Assembly: GCF_006345805.1 (NCBI RefSeq)
Contig: NC_043009.1
Coordinates: 22,196,001-22,260,000, forward strand
DNA: 64,000 nt
DNA from: Octopus sinensis
Taxonomy: Eukaryota
Direction of reading: 5' to 3'
This document shows, in pieces, positions 1-11,595 of the stretch; position 1 is the first letter of the stretch, and every line of letters begins with the position of its first letter. The notes below the pieces were generated by a model, which was given only the letters and a program-made list of their open reading frames with translations, did not search any database and was not told the DNA's origin. The translations under genes were made by a program, and so were the position numbers.

Positions 1-429
1 ACTGCGTGGCACTGTAAGCAAGTGTTTTCTTCTATAGCCTTGCGCTGACCAAAGCCTTGTGAGTGGATTTGGTAGACAGAAACTGAAAGAAGTCCGTCAT
101 GTGTATATGTGTATGACTTTGTTTTCTGTATTTGTCACCCCGTCACTGCTTGACAACTGGCATTGGTGTGTTTGTGTCCCCACCGTAACTTAACGGTGTG
201 GCGAGGGAGTCCAATAGGACAAGTCATGGCAGTGCTCCAGCATGGCCGCAGTCAAACAACTGAAGCATACTGCTAGCAATTTCTTTACCTTCTTTGGACT
301 TTCTCGCTCTCTCCTTTCTGATGCTGAGCTATGCTCAAAATGTCAAACTCTCTTTTCATCAAACATCAAGCTAATACATTCCTTGTGTCTATCCTCTTGT
401 TTGTTATTTTCATTTGTTTATTTGATTTG

Positions 430-610
430 ACTACACACACAGATAGTTGAAATTTATAGAAAAACAAAAAACAAAGACAGGTGTATGAACAACAAGCTGG
501 TGTATTAGTTTGGTGCTCGGAAAAATGGCTAAATCTTTTACGTTTCGAGCCTACGCTCTTTCAACAGAAAGGAATAAGAGAAATTAAACAGAGAAAAAAA
601 AAACATACTG
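430..610 (-). mobile_element. Penelope-like terminal-repeat remnant with hammerhead-like motif
   Basis: Minus strand 535-572: ccttt ctgttga aa gagc gtag gctc gaaac gta aaag. Confidence 0.45.
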
Positions 611-958
611 ATCGAGCAGTCAAGCATGGTGAATGATTATATATATATAAAAGTTTGGATGTGTGGTGTTCAGTTACTCATTAAATGAAAAATCCATTAA
701 AGAGGAAATGCCATACATTTTGGGTAAACACAGAAGGACCCTAATTCTACATCAGTTATCGACCGAAATAGCAATATACAGTTTCGTACCTTTCACAATC
801 AGACTGAGAACCTCGAAGGTGCCGCCAATATGCGAAGTTCTATCTTATCATTAAAGGCATGAAACTGTGTCTTAGTATTTCTGTCAATAACTGATGAAGA
901 ATTAGAGTCCTTCTATGTCTGTCCTATGTGTACATCTTTTAGTATTTAATGCATTTTT

Positions 959-960
<2 letters not shown>

Positions 961-1018
<58 letters not shown>

Positions 1019-1061
1019 TTGTGTGTGTATGTGTGTGTGTATATGTGTGTGTGTGTATATA

Positions 1062-1092
<31 letters not shown>

Positions 1093-1105
1093 GTGTGTAT
1101 ATATG
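961..1105. repeat. (TA)n(TG)n microsatellite
   Basis: Directly visible. Confidence 0.95.
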
Positions 1106-1384
1106 TATAGTGAGTAGTTTTTGTATTGATTGAGATCCTTTTCATTACATACTATAGAAGTTGGGTGAAGTTTTGGTATGCATGTATGTATATATGCATG
1201 AACATTGTCCAACCCATACCAGCATGGAAAATGGGCATTAAATGATGGTAGAGTATGAATGTGTGGTTAAGAAACTGGTTTAGGTTTTGTCCTATTTTGC
1301 TGCATCTTGGGGACAGACATTTTCCACTTTAGTCCCAATATGAATAAAGCCCTATAAGTCAATTAGTTTGATGGAAGCTGAAAA

Positions 1385-1600
1385 ACGTCCATAACATATG
1401 TATATAAACTGGAAGCTTAAAGACAAAGGGACCAGTTTTGACATCAAATGGCAAATCTTCTCAAATGTTCAGTATGTTCTCTTGAAAAACTGTATCTCTT
1501 AGCGAACTAGAGAACCTCTAAATGCATAAATTCCAGGAACGAGATTTTTTTCTGTATGTTTGCATTTCAAGAAATACATCTTGTCCGAAAATTAAAAGTA
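1385..1600 (+). mobile_element. Penelope-like element GIY-YIG C-terminal remnant
   Basis: WKLKDKGTSFDIKWQIF, then in shifted frames LEKLYL..INSRNEIF..VCLHFKKYIL, resembling the PLE WxLK..IKWxI..EK..NxRxE..CxH motif. Confidence 0.55.
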
Positions 1601-2725
1601 GATCATCTGACATTTAGTAAACCATTGTCTTATTTACATCTGCTTGATATTGAATTAGTGTACCATTGATTATCTCCCTTGTATTTTTCTTTTTGTCCTT
1701 CCCAGCATCTCTTTCTTTAACATCATCTGTTCAAAACACAACTGACAAACTATCTTGTTCTCGGCTTAAAAAATGGTGAACTAAATTATTATTTTGACCA
1801 CGAAACACTGGGTAGCTGTATGTAACAATATTTGTGATGTTTATAAGTATGAATGTGTATATATATATATATATATCTGTTTGTGTTTGTGTTGTCTTTG
1901 TGTGTACTCTTTTCTAGACATCACATGATAGTTATAAATGAGCATCAATATCATAGAAGCAAGGATGTTCATTTCCAATCTTCCATAAAATGTCTGGCCA
2001 TGAGGAAATATTCCCTTTCTTGGAAACAGGTGTGGGTTGGTGATAGGAAAGGCATCCAGCCATAGAAAACCTGCTTCAATGAATTCCATTTGACCCATGT
2101 AAGCATGGAAAAGTAGACATTAAAAGATGGTGATAGGTGTGTCTGTGTTTACACACATACATATTTATCTGTTTGTGTATATCAGAAATGGATGAACAAA
2201 TTTAATATCAAGTTATTTCAAAAAAAAAAAAAAAGAATGCAACAAAATCTTAGGAGTATTTAGTTCCATACAGACTATGTCCCTTTCCATCAAGGTGAAC
2301 TTAACCTTTTACCCTTACAAGTTCAATACAGTTAAGTACCAGACAAAGTGTGGGACTCAATTCAATCAACTAATACCACTACAAGTTGCACCTGGGCATG
2401 TGACTGCATTGAAAGCATTAAAAAAGAAACAGAAGGAAAATATAAACACTTGCACTCTTACAGTCCATTATTTTGTCAGTTAATCATCATCTTCTCTTTT
2501 ATCATCTTCTCTTTTGTATATAGGTAAACACACACTCACACATCTGTGTATTAAGTTACATTTTGATCATTTAGCACAGTATAATTATATAGTTGCCTTT
2601 TAGTCTGTCTAGCTGCCTTATCAAATTATGTATCTATCCATTTCTCTGTTTATCTTTCTGTCTCCCTTGCTAGCTCTCTATATTGATTTAGCTAGCTACC
2701 TTTATTTACTTATCTATCTACCTAC

Positions 2726-2793
<68 letters not shown>

Positions 2794-2960
2794 AATATAT
2801 ATATAATATAGTGTGTGTGTCTATGGCTACTGATCACCGTTCCTCTGTGCTGTCTGTCTCTGTCTGTTCATTTGTCTCATCTAATAAATTTAGACATGCA
2901 ATCATCCACTTCATTATGATATCTTCTGATCTATTTTGAAAGTAGATTTTATTCTTCCAG

Positions 2961-3194
2961 ACATCAAGAAAAGTGTGAAGGTGAAGAAACGTTCGACAGC
3001 CAAGAAAGCAGGTGGGTCAGTTGCTACTGCCGTGACCACTTTGGAGAAAAACAAGGAATTAGTTGGAAATAAAGAAAGATCATCCTCACCATCTACAGAA
3101 CTGTCTGATGTTCAACTTGGAATTGAAACTGGTGATTCTATTTCCTCTTCTAACAAGACAGTTCTTGCAACTGAAGCTTCTCAAAATCATGATG
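2961..3194 (+). CDS. Probable internal coding exon of an unidentified gene (K/S/T-rich)
   Basis: ttcttccag| acceptor and GATG|gtatga donor; 234 bp, phase 1-1, open frame (DIKKSVKVKKRSTAKKAGG...SQNHD) in otherwise AT-rich DNA; no recognisable domain. Confidence 0.55.
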
Positions 3195-3351
3195 GTATGA
3201 TCATATTATTTTTTTAGTATTTTCATATAATTTATTATATGTTCTTGTAATTTATAGTATTTTCCCTTAACCCTTTCATTACCATATTTCTCTTAAAATA
3301 CACTGCCTTTCTTTCAATTGATTTTGAAAATAATGTAGAGTCTATACTATA

Positions 3352-3748
3352 GGCGTAGGAGTGGCTGTGTGGTAAGTAGCTTGCTAACCAACCACATGGT
3401 TCCAGGTTCAGTCCCACTGCGTGGCATCTTGGGCGAGTGTCTTCTGCTATAGCCCCGGACCGACCAATGCCTTGTGAGTGGATTTGGTAGACGGAAACTG
3501 AAAGAAGCCTGTCGTATATATGTATATATATATGTGTGTGTGTTTGTGTTTGTCCCCCTAGCATTGCTTGACAACCGATGCTGGTGTGTTTACGTCCCCG
3601 TTACTTAGCGGTTCGGCAAAAAAGAGACCGATAGAATAAGTACTGGGCTTACAAAGAATAAGTCCCGGGGTCGATTTGCTCGACTAAAGGCGGTGCTCCA
3701 GCATGGCTGCAGTCAAATGACTGAAACAAGTAAAAGAGTAAAAGAGAG
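3352..3748 (+). mobile_element. tRNA-derived SINE family A, full-length copy; others near 1-270(+), 10628-10800(-), 10832-11180(+), 17135-17345(+), 17385-17765(+), 27003-27130(+), 40495-40830(-), 42885-43045(-), 44150-44335(-)
   Basis: A-box tggctgtgtggt, B-box ggttcagtccc, core ttgtgagtggatttggtagacggaaactgaaagaagcc, internal (TA/TG)n, tail ggcggtgctccagcatggc..gtaaaagag. Confidence 0.88.
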
Positions 3749-4950
3749 TATAGTAATGAAAGTTGCTTATCAATTAGTTTGGAGCATGTAACTTTTACTG
3801 AGAATAAGCAATTATTAAAGTCTTGACTGTCTAGAAAATTCATATAAATTACAGTTTTGATATATTTTTATCAAAATGCCATTTTCATGCATCTTTTATT
3901 AGAGAAAATCTTATGTACATCAATCAGAAAACTAACATTTATTCACTGCAAACTAGCATCTTTTGACATCTTTTCTAGAAATATGAAGGTTGCCCAAATA
4001 TTTGCAATACTGCTTTCTACAAATTATAAGTTTAATCCAGTGTCAGTCAAGTTATGCTGATTCTAGTACCCTTTCATATTTGTTGGGTGTTGTTGAAGAA
4101 ATAGAAAGGAAAATATGAAAAGTGGTTTAAATGTACTTATATCAATTGGGCCACCCTGATTTTGTTCTTTTATAACATTCCAAAAAAGTGGATATTTGCT
4201 TCTGAAATTTACTACAAGTACATTTCAGATGGTGTAAATTACGGTCATATTGTGGTGATGGGGTTTGTGTAATTCACATTCCTCAATTTTGTAACTCATA
4301 ACTTTTAGAAAAATGTTTTTTTTTTTAAATTTGGTCTATGACAATTTCTGCAAATTTAATTTAATGTGCAGCTAGGGAGAAAAGGGTGGGGTGGATTGAA
4401 CATTTGGAAGAATTATTGATATTGGAAGAGTTCCTTTTCCTTGATCTGGTTTTTTTACAACTGGATCTTCTTACTATGACATCTACCCTTGTTTACCATG
4501 GGGGTTTAGTTAAAAAAAAAACAACAGACTGATGAATGACTCTTTTCTATGCACTTTGTAAATGGAACAAATAATAAATTCATTGACACCAAACTTGCAG
4601 CTCCAGACGGCAAAGCATCCTCTGTCACACATTTTCCTGATCATCTTCATCTTTTCCTGCAGAGAAAATAACTTTTAGGTGTTGTCTTTTGGGGATCAGA
4701 TTCCTTTTATCATTTTTTTATTTTACTTGTCTCAGTCCTTTGACTGTGGGCATACTGGGGTGCTGCCTTGAGTATTAGTTGAATGAATTGACCCCAGTAA
4801 TTTATTTTTAAAGCTTGGTACTTATTCTCTCGGTCTCTTTTGCTGAACTGCTAAGTTATAGAGATGTAAACACACCAACACCAGTTGTTAATCATTGGTG
4901 GGGGAACAAACTCAGACACAAAGACTCAAGTGGATTTTATATATATATAT

Positions 4951-7900
4951 CATCATCATTTAGCGTCCGCTTTCCATGCAAGCATGGGTTGGACAGTTCA
5001 ACTGGGGTCTGGGAAGCCAGAAGGCTGCACCAGGCCCAGTCTGATCTGGCAATGTTTCTATGGCTGGATGCCCTTCCTAACGCCAACCACTCCGTGAGTG
5101 TAGTGGGTGCTTTTTACGTGCCACCGGCACGGAGGCCAGTCGGGGCGGCGCTGGCAACGGCCACGGTCGGGTGGTGCTTTTTACGTGCCACCGGCACAGG
5201 GCCAGACGAGGCTGGAAACGGCCACAATTGGATGGTGCTTTTTACGTGTCACTGGCACAGAGGCCAGTCACGGCGGCGCTGGCAACGGCCACGATCGGAT
5301 GGTTCGCTTACGTGCCACCGGCACTGGTATCACAGCTGCAATTTCCATTGATGTTGATCGACTTCGATTTTGGTTCTGATTTCTCATTTCCACTTGCCTC
5401 AACTGGTCTTCACAAGTGGAGTTTTGTGTCCCAAGAAGGAAAGGTATGCATAAAGTCGACTGGCTACATCCTAGGTAGAGGCCACGGGTTATGATCTCAC
5501 TAGTCCTGCCGGGTCTTCTCACGCACAGCATACTTCCATAGGTCCCAGTCTCTAGTCATTTCCTTGGTGAGACCTAAAGTTCAAAGGTCGTGCTTCACCA
5601 CCTCGTCCCAGGTTTTACTGGGTCTACCTCTTCCACAGGTTCCCTCAACCGCTAGGGTGTGGCACTTTTTCACACAACTATCTTCAGCCACTCTCGTCAC
5701 ATGACCATACCAGCGCAAATGTCTCTCTTGCACACCACAACTGATGCTTCTTTGGTCCAACTTTTATCTCAAGGTACTTACACTCTGTCGAGTATGAACA
5801 CTGACATTACACATCCATCGGAGCATACTGGCTTCATTTCTTGCGAGCTTACGCATATCCTCAGCAGTCACGGCCCATGTTTCACTACCATGTAGCATGG
5901 CTGTTCGTACACATGCATCATATAGTCTGCCTTTTACTCTGAGCGAGAGGCCTTTTGTCACCAGCAGGGGTAAGAGCTCTCTGAACTTTGCCCAAGCTAT
6001 TCTTACTCTAGCAGTTACACTTTAAGCACACCCACCCCCGCTACTGACTTGGTCACCTAGGTAACGGAAGCTATCAACTACTTCTAGTTTTTCTCCCTGG
6101 AATGTGGTATAAGTTGGTCTCTGCACATTTTCAGTGTTTATTGCTCCTGAGCATCTGCCACAAACAAAAACTATTTTCCTAGTTAGCCTTCCTTTGACAT
6201 TGCTGCACCTCTTATGTGTCCATAGCTTACACTTGGTACATCTTATAGAGTTTCTACCTACACCTTTTCTACAGATCGAGCAGGGCCATCTACCTGAAGG
6301 CGTTTGTGATTTGTCTACCTTCCTACTTATTAGGACTTTGGTTTTGGCTAGGTTGATTCTAAGGCCCTTCGATTCTAATCCTTGCTTCCACACCTGAAAC
6401 TTCTCCTCCAGTTCTGATAGTGACTCAGCAATTAGAGCAAGGTCATCAGCATAGAGGAGCTCCCAGGAGTATCCTGTCTTGAATTCCTCCGTTATTGCCT
6501 GGAAGACTATGATAAATAGGAGAAGACTGAGGACTGAACCTTGGTGGACCCCAACCTCTACTTGGAATTCTTCACTGTACTCATTGCCAACCCTCACCTT
6601 ACTAGCAGCGTCTCTGTACATAGCTCGCACAGCTCTCACTAACCATTCATCTATCCCTAGTTTCCTCATTGACCACCAGATAAGGGATCGGGGGACCCTG
6701 TCGAAGGCTTTCTCCTTGTCAACAAAAGCCAGGTACAGGGGCTTATCTTTGGCTAGGTATTTCTCCTGCAGCTGTCTTATCAGGAATATAGCATCAGTAG
6801 TACTTTTTCCTGGTACGAACCCAAACTGCATCTCATCTAAGGTAACTCTCTCTCTAATTAGTTGGGCTATAACCCTCTCCGTAACCTTCATTACCTGATC
6901 CAGCAGCTTGATACCCCTGTAGTTGTTTGTATCTAGGGCGTTACCTTTACCTTTGTAGCAGTTGACTATTATGCTGCTACACCAGTCATTGGGAATGACT
7001 CCTTTGTGTATCACCTGGTTAACTATACGGGTGACTAGGCTATAGCTGACACTACCAAATATTTTGAGCATCTCTGCAGTAATTCCTGATGGGCCTGGGG
7101 CTTTCCGTCTTCATGCTTCTAATTGCCTTAACTACTAAGGAACTGTCAACACTGATTGCTGGTCCCTCTGTTCGGTCGACATTCGGCAGACTCTCTTTAT
7201 CCCATTCATTTTCTTTATTCAGCAACCTTTCATACTGGTGTCTCCTAACCTCTCTCTTTGCATCCTCATTTAGTGCAAGTGAACCATCATCCTTGCGAAC
7301 ACACTTCTCTCCTATCATGTCACAATTCTCTCTCACACATTGTCTTTGTCTTGCAACACGAAATACCTCAAGTCTTTCATCCTCACAGCGCAGAACATTG
7401 GCAAATTTTTTCTTATCTGCTTCCCCTCTGGCTAAATACACCTGCCTCCTAGCTTCCCTTCTGGTAGTCTGATACACTTCCTTGCTACCACCGTTCTTCC
7501 AGTCCTTCCAAGCCTGTTTCTTTTGTCTAATAGCCCTGTCAACAATATTGTTCCACCACCACGTTATTTTGGGTCTTGAGTGGACTTTGCACCAACCACA
7601 GATCTGGTCAGTGGCTCTCAGCAGGTTGTCCCTTAGAGACCTCCAGTTGTCTTCTACCCCATGTGAAGTTATACCCCATTCTATTTCGTCAAAGGCTTCA
7701 AGTAATATGTCTCTAAATCTCTGTCCATTTGCAGGATCTTTAAGCTTCCAGACCCTTCTTTTCCATGTTGGTCGTCTTCTAGTCGTCCTCTTAGTCCTGA
7801 TCCTAAAGTCACTAACTACCAGTCTATGTTACGGGGTACATTCTTTGCCTGGGAAGGTTTTGGCATTTATAAGCAACCATCTTTCCTTTTTTCTGGCAAG

Positions 7901-8600
7901 GATGTAGTCGATTTGGCTAGTATGTTGGCCCGATCGGTAGGTGACCAGGTGGCTTGTAGGTTTCCTGAAGTTAGTGTTGCAAACCATAAGACTATTCGCA
8001 TTGCAGAACTCCAGCATCATGGTTCCCTCCTCATTGCGGGAACCATAACCGTAGCCTCCATGTACGCCATGGAAGCCCCCAGTATGTCGTCCAACATGCC
8101 CATTGAAGTCACCAGCCACAAAGAGAAGGTCCCTGTTGTTCGTCAATGAGGTGGTCTGCAGTAGGGTGTCATAGAATCGGTCTTTCTGTCCATCGGGTAG
8201 CCCTGGCTGAGGGGCATAGGCCGATATAATGGTTGCTAAACCATGATGAAGCACTAATCTAATCTTAAGTATTCTGTCGCATACTCTGACTACCTCGATT
8301 ACCTTATCTACCCATTTTTCGGCGATAAGTATACCCACACCCCCGACCCCATCAGTGTTCCCAGCCCAGAAAATCTTGTACCTCTGTTCTTTGCCTGTGA
8401 GGAACCTAGCAGAACCTCCTCTCCACCTCACTTTTTGAATGCAGCATATATCAACACACCTCCATTCAAGCAACTCGACAATCTCGCCAGACCTGCCTTT
8501 CAGTGTGCCAACGTTGAGGGTGCCAACCCTGAGGGTGTGGGAGGTATTGGCCCTAGTAGCTTCATGAAGCTGAAAAGAAAACTCGCGTTTGGCAGGATTC
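4951..8600 (-). mobile_element. RTE-clade LINE, near full-length ORF (APE + RT), frameshifted
   Basis: APE (TLRVGTLNVGTL, GDFNGH, SQIDYIL) at 7829-8608; RT (NYRGIKLL, QFGF, GVHQGSVLS, LLYADD) at 6022-7071; several frame breaks; (ATG)n tail at 4951. Confidence 0.93.
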
Positions 8601-8869
8601 ATAGACAAACAATAGACTTAAGTTCAAACCACGTACACTACACTATCATATTTTGCAACGTATGACCACTACCTTTTATGGAAGGGGGTGGGGGTGGAGT
8701 AATATTTTGAAGTGTACATGGGAGACAACAAAGGATGAGAAAATTTAGACTTCCTGTAACGGTGGAGGGGGTGGGAGGGCGGGTGCACCAGGAAAACTAG
8801 CAGGAATACATATTAGTAGGTATAAAATACCTAAATTTGAGAGAGATATTTTGCAGATTTATGGGAGAT

Positions 8870-9985
8870 GCGTGAGCTAAATTTATCTTAGACATGGATA
8901 AGTAAGAGGAACTATAAAATTATATATATATTTATTCTATATTTAACGAGACGTGAGGCTGATCGATAGTTGAAAGGAACTATAGAATTATATATATATT
9001 TAACACGAGACGTGAGGCTGAAATTTATCTGAGACATCGATAATTAAGAGGAACTATAGAATTATATATATATTTAACATGAGGCGTGAGGCTGAAATTT
9101 ATCTGAGACATCGATAATTGAGAGGAACTATAGAATTATATATATATTTAACACGAGATGTGAGGCTGAAATTTATCTGAGACATCGATAATTGAGAGGA
9201 ACTATAGAATTATATGTATATTTAACACGAGACGTGAGGCTGAAATTTATCTGAGACATCGATAATTGAGAGGAACTATAGAATTATATGTATATTTAAC
9301 ACGAGGCGTGAGGCTGAAATTTATCTGAGACATCGATAATTGAGAGGAACTATAGAATTATATATATATTTAACACGAGACGTGAGGCTGAAATTTATCT
9401 GAGACATCGATAATTGAGAGGAACTATAGAATTATATATATATTTAACACGAGACGTGAGGCTGAAATTTATCTGAGACATCGATAATTGAGAGGAACTA
9501 TAGAATTATATATATATTTAACACGAGACATGAGGCTGAAATTTATCTGAGACATCGATAATTGAGAGGAACTATAGAATTATGTATATATTTAACACGA
9601 GACGTGAGGCTGAACTTTATCTGAGACATCGATAATTGAGAGGAACTATAGAATTTAAATATATATTTAACACGAGACGTGAGGCTGAAATTTATCTGAG
9701 ACATCGATAATTGAGAGGAACTATAGAATTATATGTATATTTAACACGAGATGTGAGGCTGAAATTTATCTGAGACATCGATAATTGAGAGGAACTATAG
9801 AATTATATGTATATTTAACACGAGACATGAGACTGAAATTTATCTGAGACATCGATAATTGAGAGGAACTATAGAATTATATGTATATTTAACACGAGAC
9901 GTGAGGCTGGAATTTATCTGAGACATCGATAATTGAGAGGAACTATAGAATTATATATATATAACACGAGACGTGAGGCTGAAAT
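8870..9985. repeat. 74-bp tandem minisatellite, about 14-15 copies
   Basis: gaggctg recurs at 9014, 9088, 9162 ... 9902; unit gaggctgaaatttatctgagacatcgataattgagaggaactatagaattatatatatatttaacacgagacgt. Confidence 0.95.
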
Positions 9986-11394
9986 AAACAGAGTCAAAGT
10001 CAAACAGAATAGAGATAACTAAAGGTCAATCAATTGGGCAGAAATATTACTGATAGGTACGGGATGAATTAAAGAAGAATATTGCTTAACTATGATTCAT
10101 CTTTGTTGACAGCAACAGTTTGAATCAAAAAATGGGGAGGCTATAATACAGGCGTTAGTTTATATAGGGTGGTGGTGAAGGGAAGTGGGAAGTCCTGTCT
10201 TTCTAAAGAGATAGAAAGACAAGCAGTGTGAAGAGATGGAGATAGAGAAAAACATATTGAGACAGGGGGGGGGCGGCCCACTAAAACTAGCAGCCATGAA
10301 GGGGCGCCTCTCATTTCTTGGAAAAGGAATACATATTAGTAGGTACAAAATACCTAAATTTGAGAGAGAGATATTTTGCAGATTTATGGGAGATGCGTGA
10401 GCTAAATTTATCTTAGACATCGATAAGTTATATATATATATATATATATGTAGAAAGTTGAAAAGGAACGCATGAGTTGATCTGTATAAGTAACATAAGG
10501 CAACGTAGAAAATGCTAAAATAATTATTATAACTATATAATTATTTTAGCATTTTCTATCTTGTCTTATTTTCCTTATATATATATATATATATAGATAT
10601 ATACACACACACACACACACACAGACACACACATACAGTGGGCTTCTTTTGGTTTCTATCTACCAAAACCACTCATAAGACTTTCATTGGCCTGAGGCTC
10701 TACAAGAAGACACTTGCCCAACATACCATGCAGAAGGACTGAACCTGGAACCATGTGACTGGGAGGCAAACTTAGTACACAGCCACACCTGCACCTAAGT
10801 TTACTCGATGATACACACACGCACACACGAAGCTTGCTTCCTAACCACATAGTTTCAGGTTCAGTCCCACTGCATGGCACTTTGGGCAAATGTCTTCTAC
10901 TACAACTTCAGGTTGACCAAAGTTTGTGAGTGGATTTGGTAGACGGAAACTGAAAGAAGCCTGTCATGTGTGTGCGTTTGTTTTTGTGTCTCTTTGTCCT
11001 CCCGCCTTACTGCTTGACAACTGATAGTGATGTGTATATGTTCCTGTAACTTAGCAGTTCAGAGACTGACAGAATAAATACTGGACTTTAAAAAAAAATC
11101 CTGGGGTTGATTTGTTCGACTAAAACTTCTCAAGATGGTGCTCCAGCATGGCAGCAGTCAACTGTCTGAAACAAATAAAAGAATATTTATATATAAAATT
11201 CTGAGCGAGGTATAAACAGCTGCATGACATCGTGAAGTATATTTACCACCTAAATGTGGCTAACCCATAAGGAGTGATGCTAATGTAGCTTGTAGCCCTA
11301 GGAAGACATCTCCAGCTGGCTATCAACGCACTTTCTGTGCCCTATCAGTATTTACAAAGGGAGTCATCATTCCCATCACCAGCCTGACGTGGTA

Positions 11395-11439
11395 CACACG
11401 GACCTGGGTTTCTGCGTGTTGACCCATCATCAGCGTGTG
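11395..11439 (-). ncRNA. Type I minimal hammerhead ribozyme motif
   Basis: Minus strand: CACACG CUGAUGA UGGGU CAAC ACGCA GAAAC CCAG GUC CGUGUG; intact core, 6-bp stem I, stem II with one mismatch, very short stem III. Confidence 0.7.
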
Positions 11440-11595
11440 ACAGCCACCGGTTGGCGATGTGAAGTAGTTCCCAAATGCAAATATATATATATACTTTTTC
11501 CAGTGACGAAAAGTCACTGATCTCGAAAAAGTGGAAATACTGATAGGGCACAGTGTTGATAGCCAGCTGGAGGAGATATCTTCCTGGGGCTACAA

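Noticed and set aside
890-915. ctgatgaag as a hammerhead
   Set aside because: No stem II or GAAA follows; at best a decayed PLE remnant
8560-8660. HDV-like ribozyme at the RTE 5' end
   Set aside because: No nested double-pseudoknot pattern is visible, and the element seems 5'-truncated here
8870-9985. 74-bp array as a CRISPR array
   Set aside because: Whole units are near-identical with no unique spacers, there are no cas genes, and the context is eukaryotic; no hammerhead core on either strand
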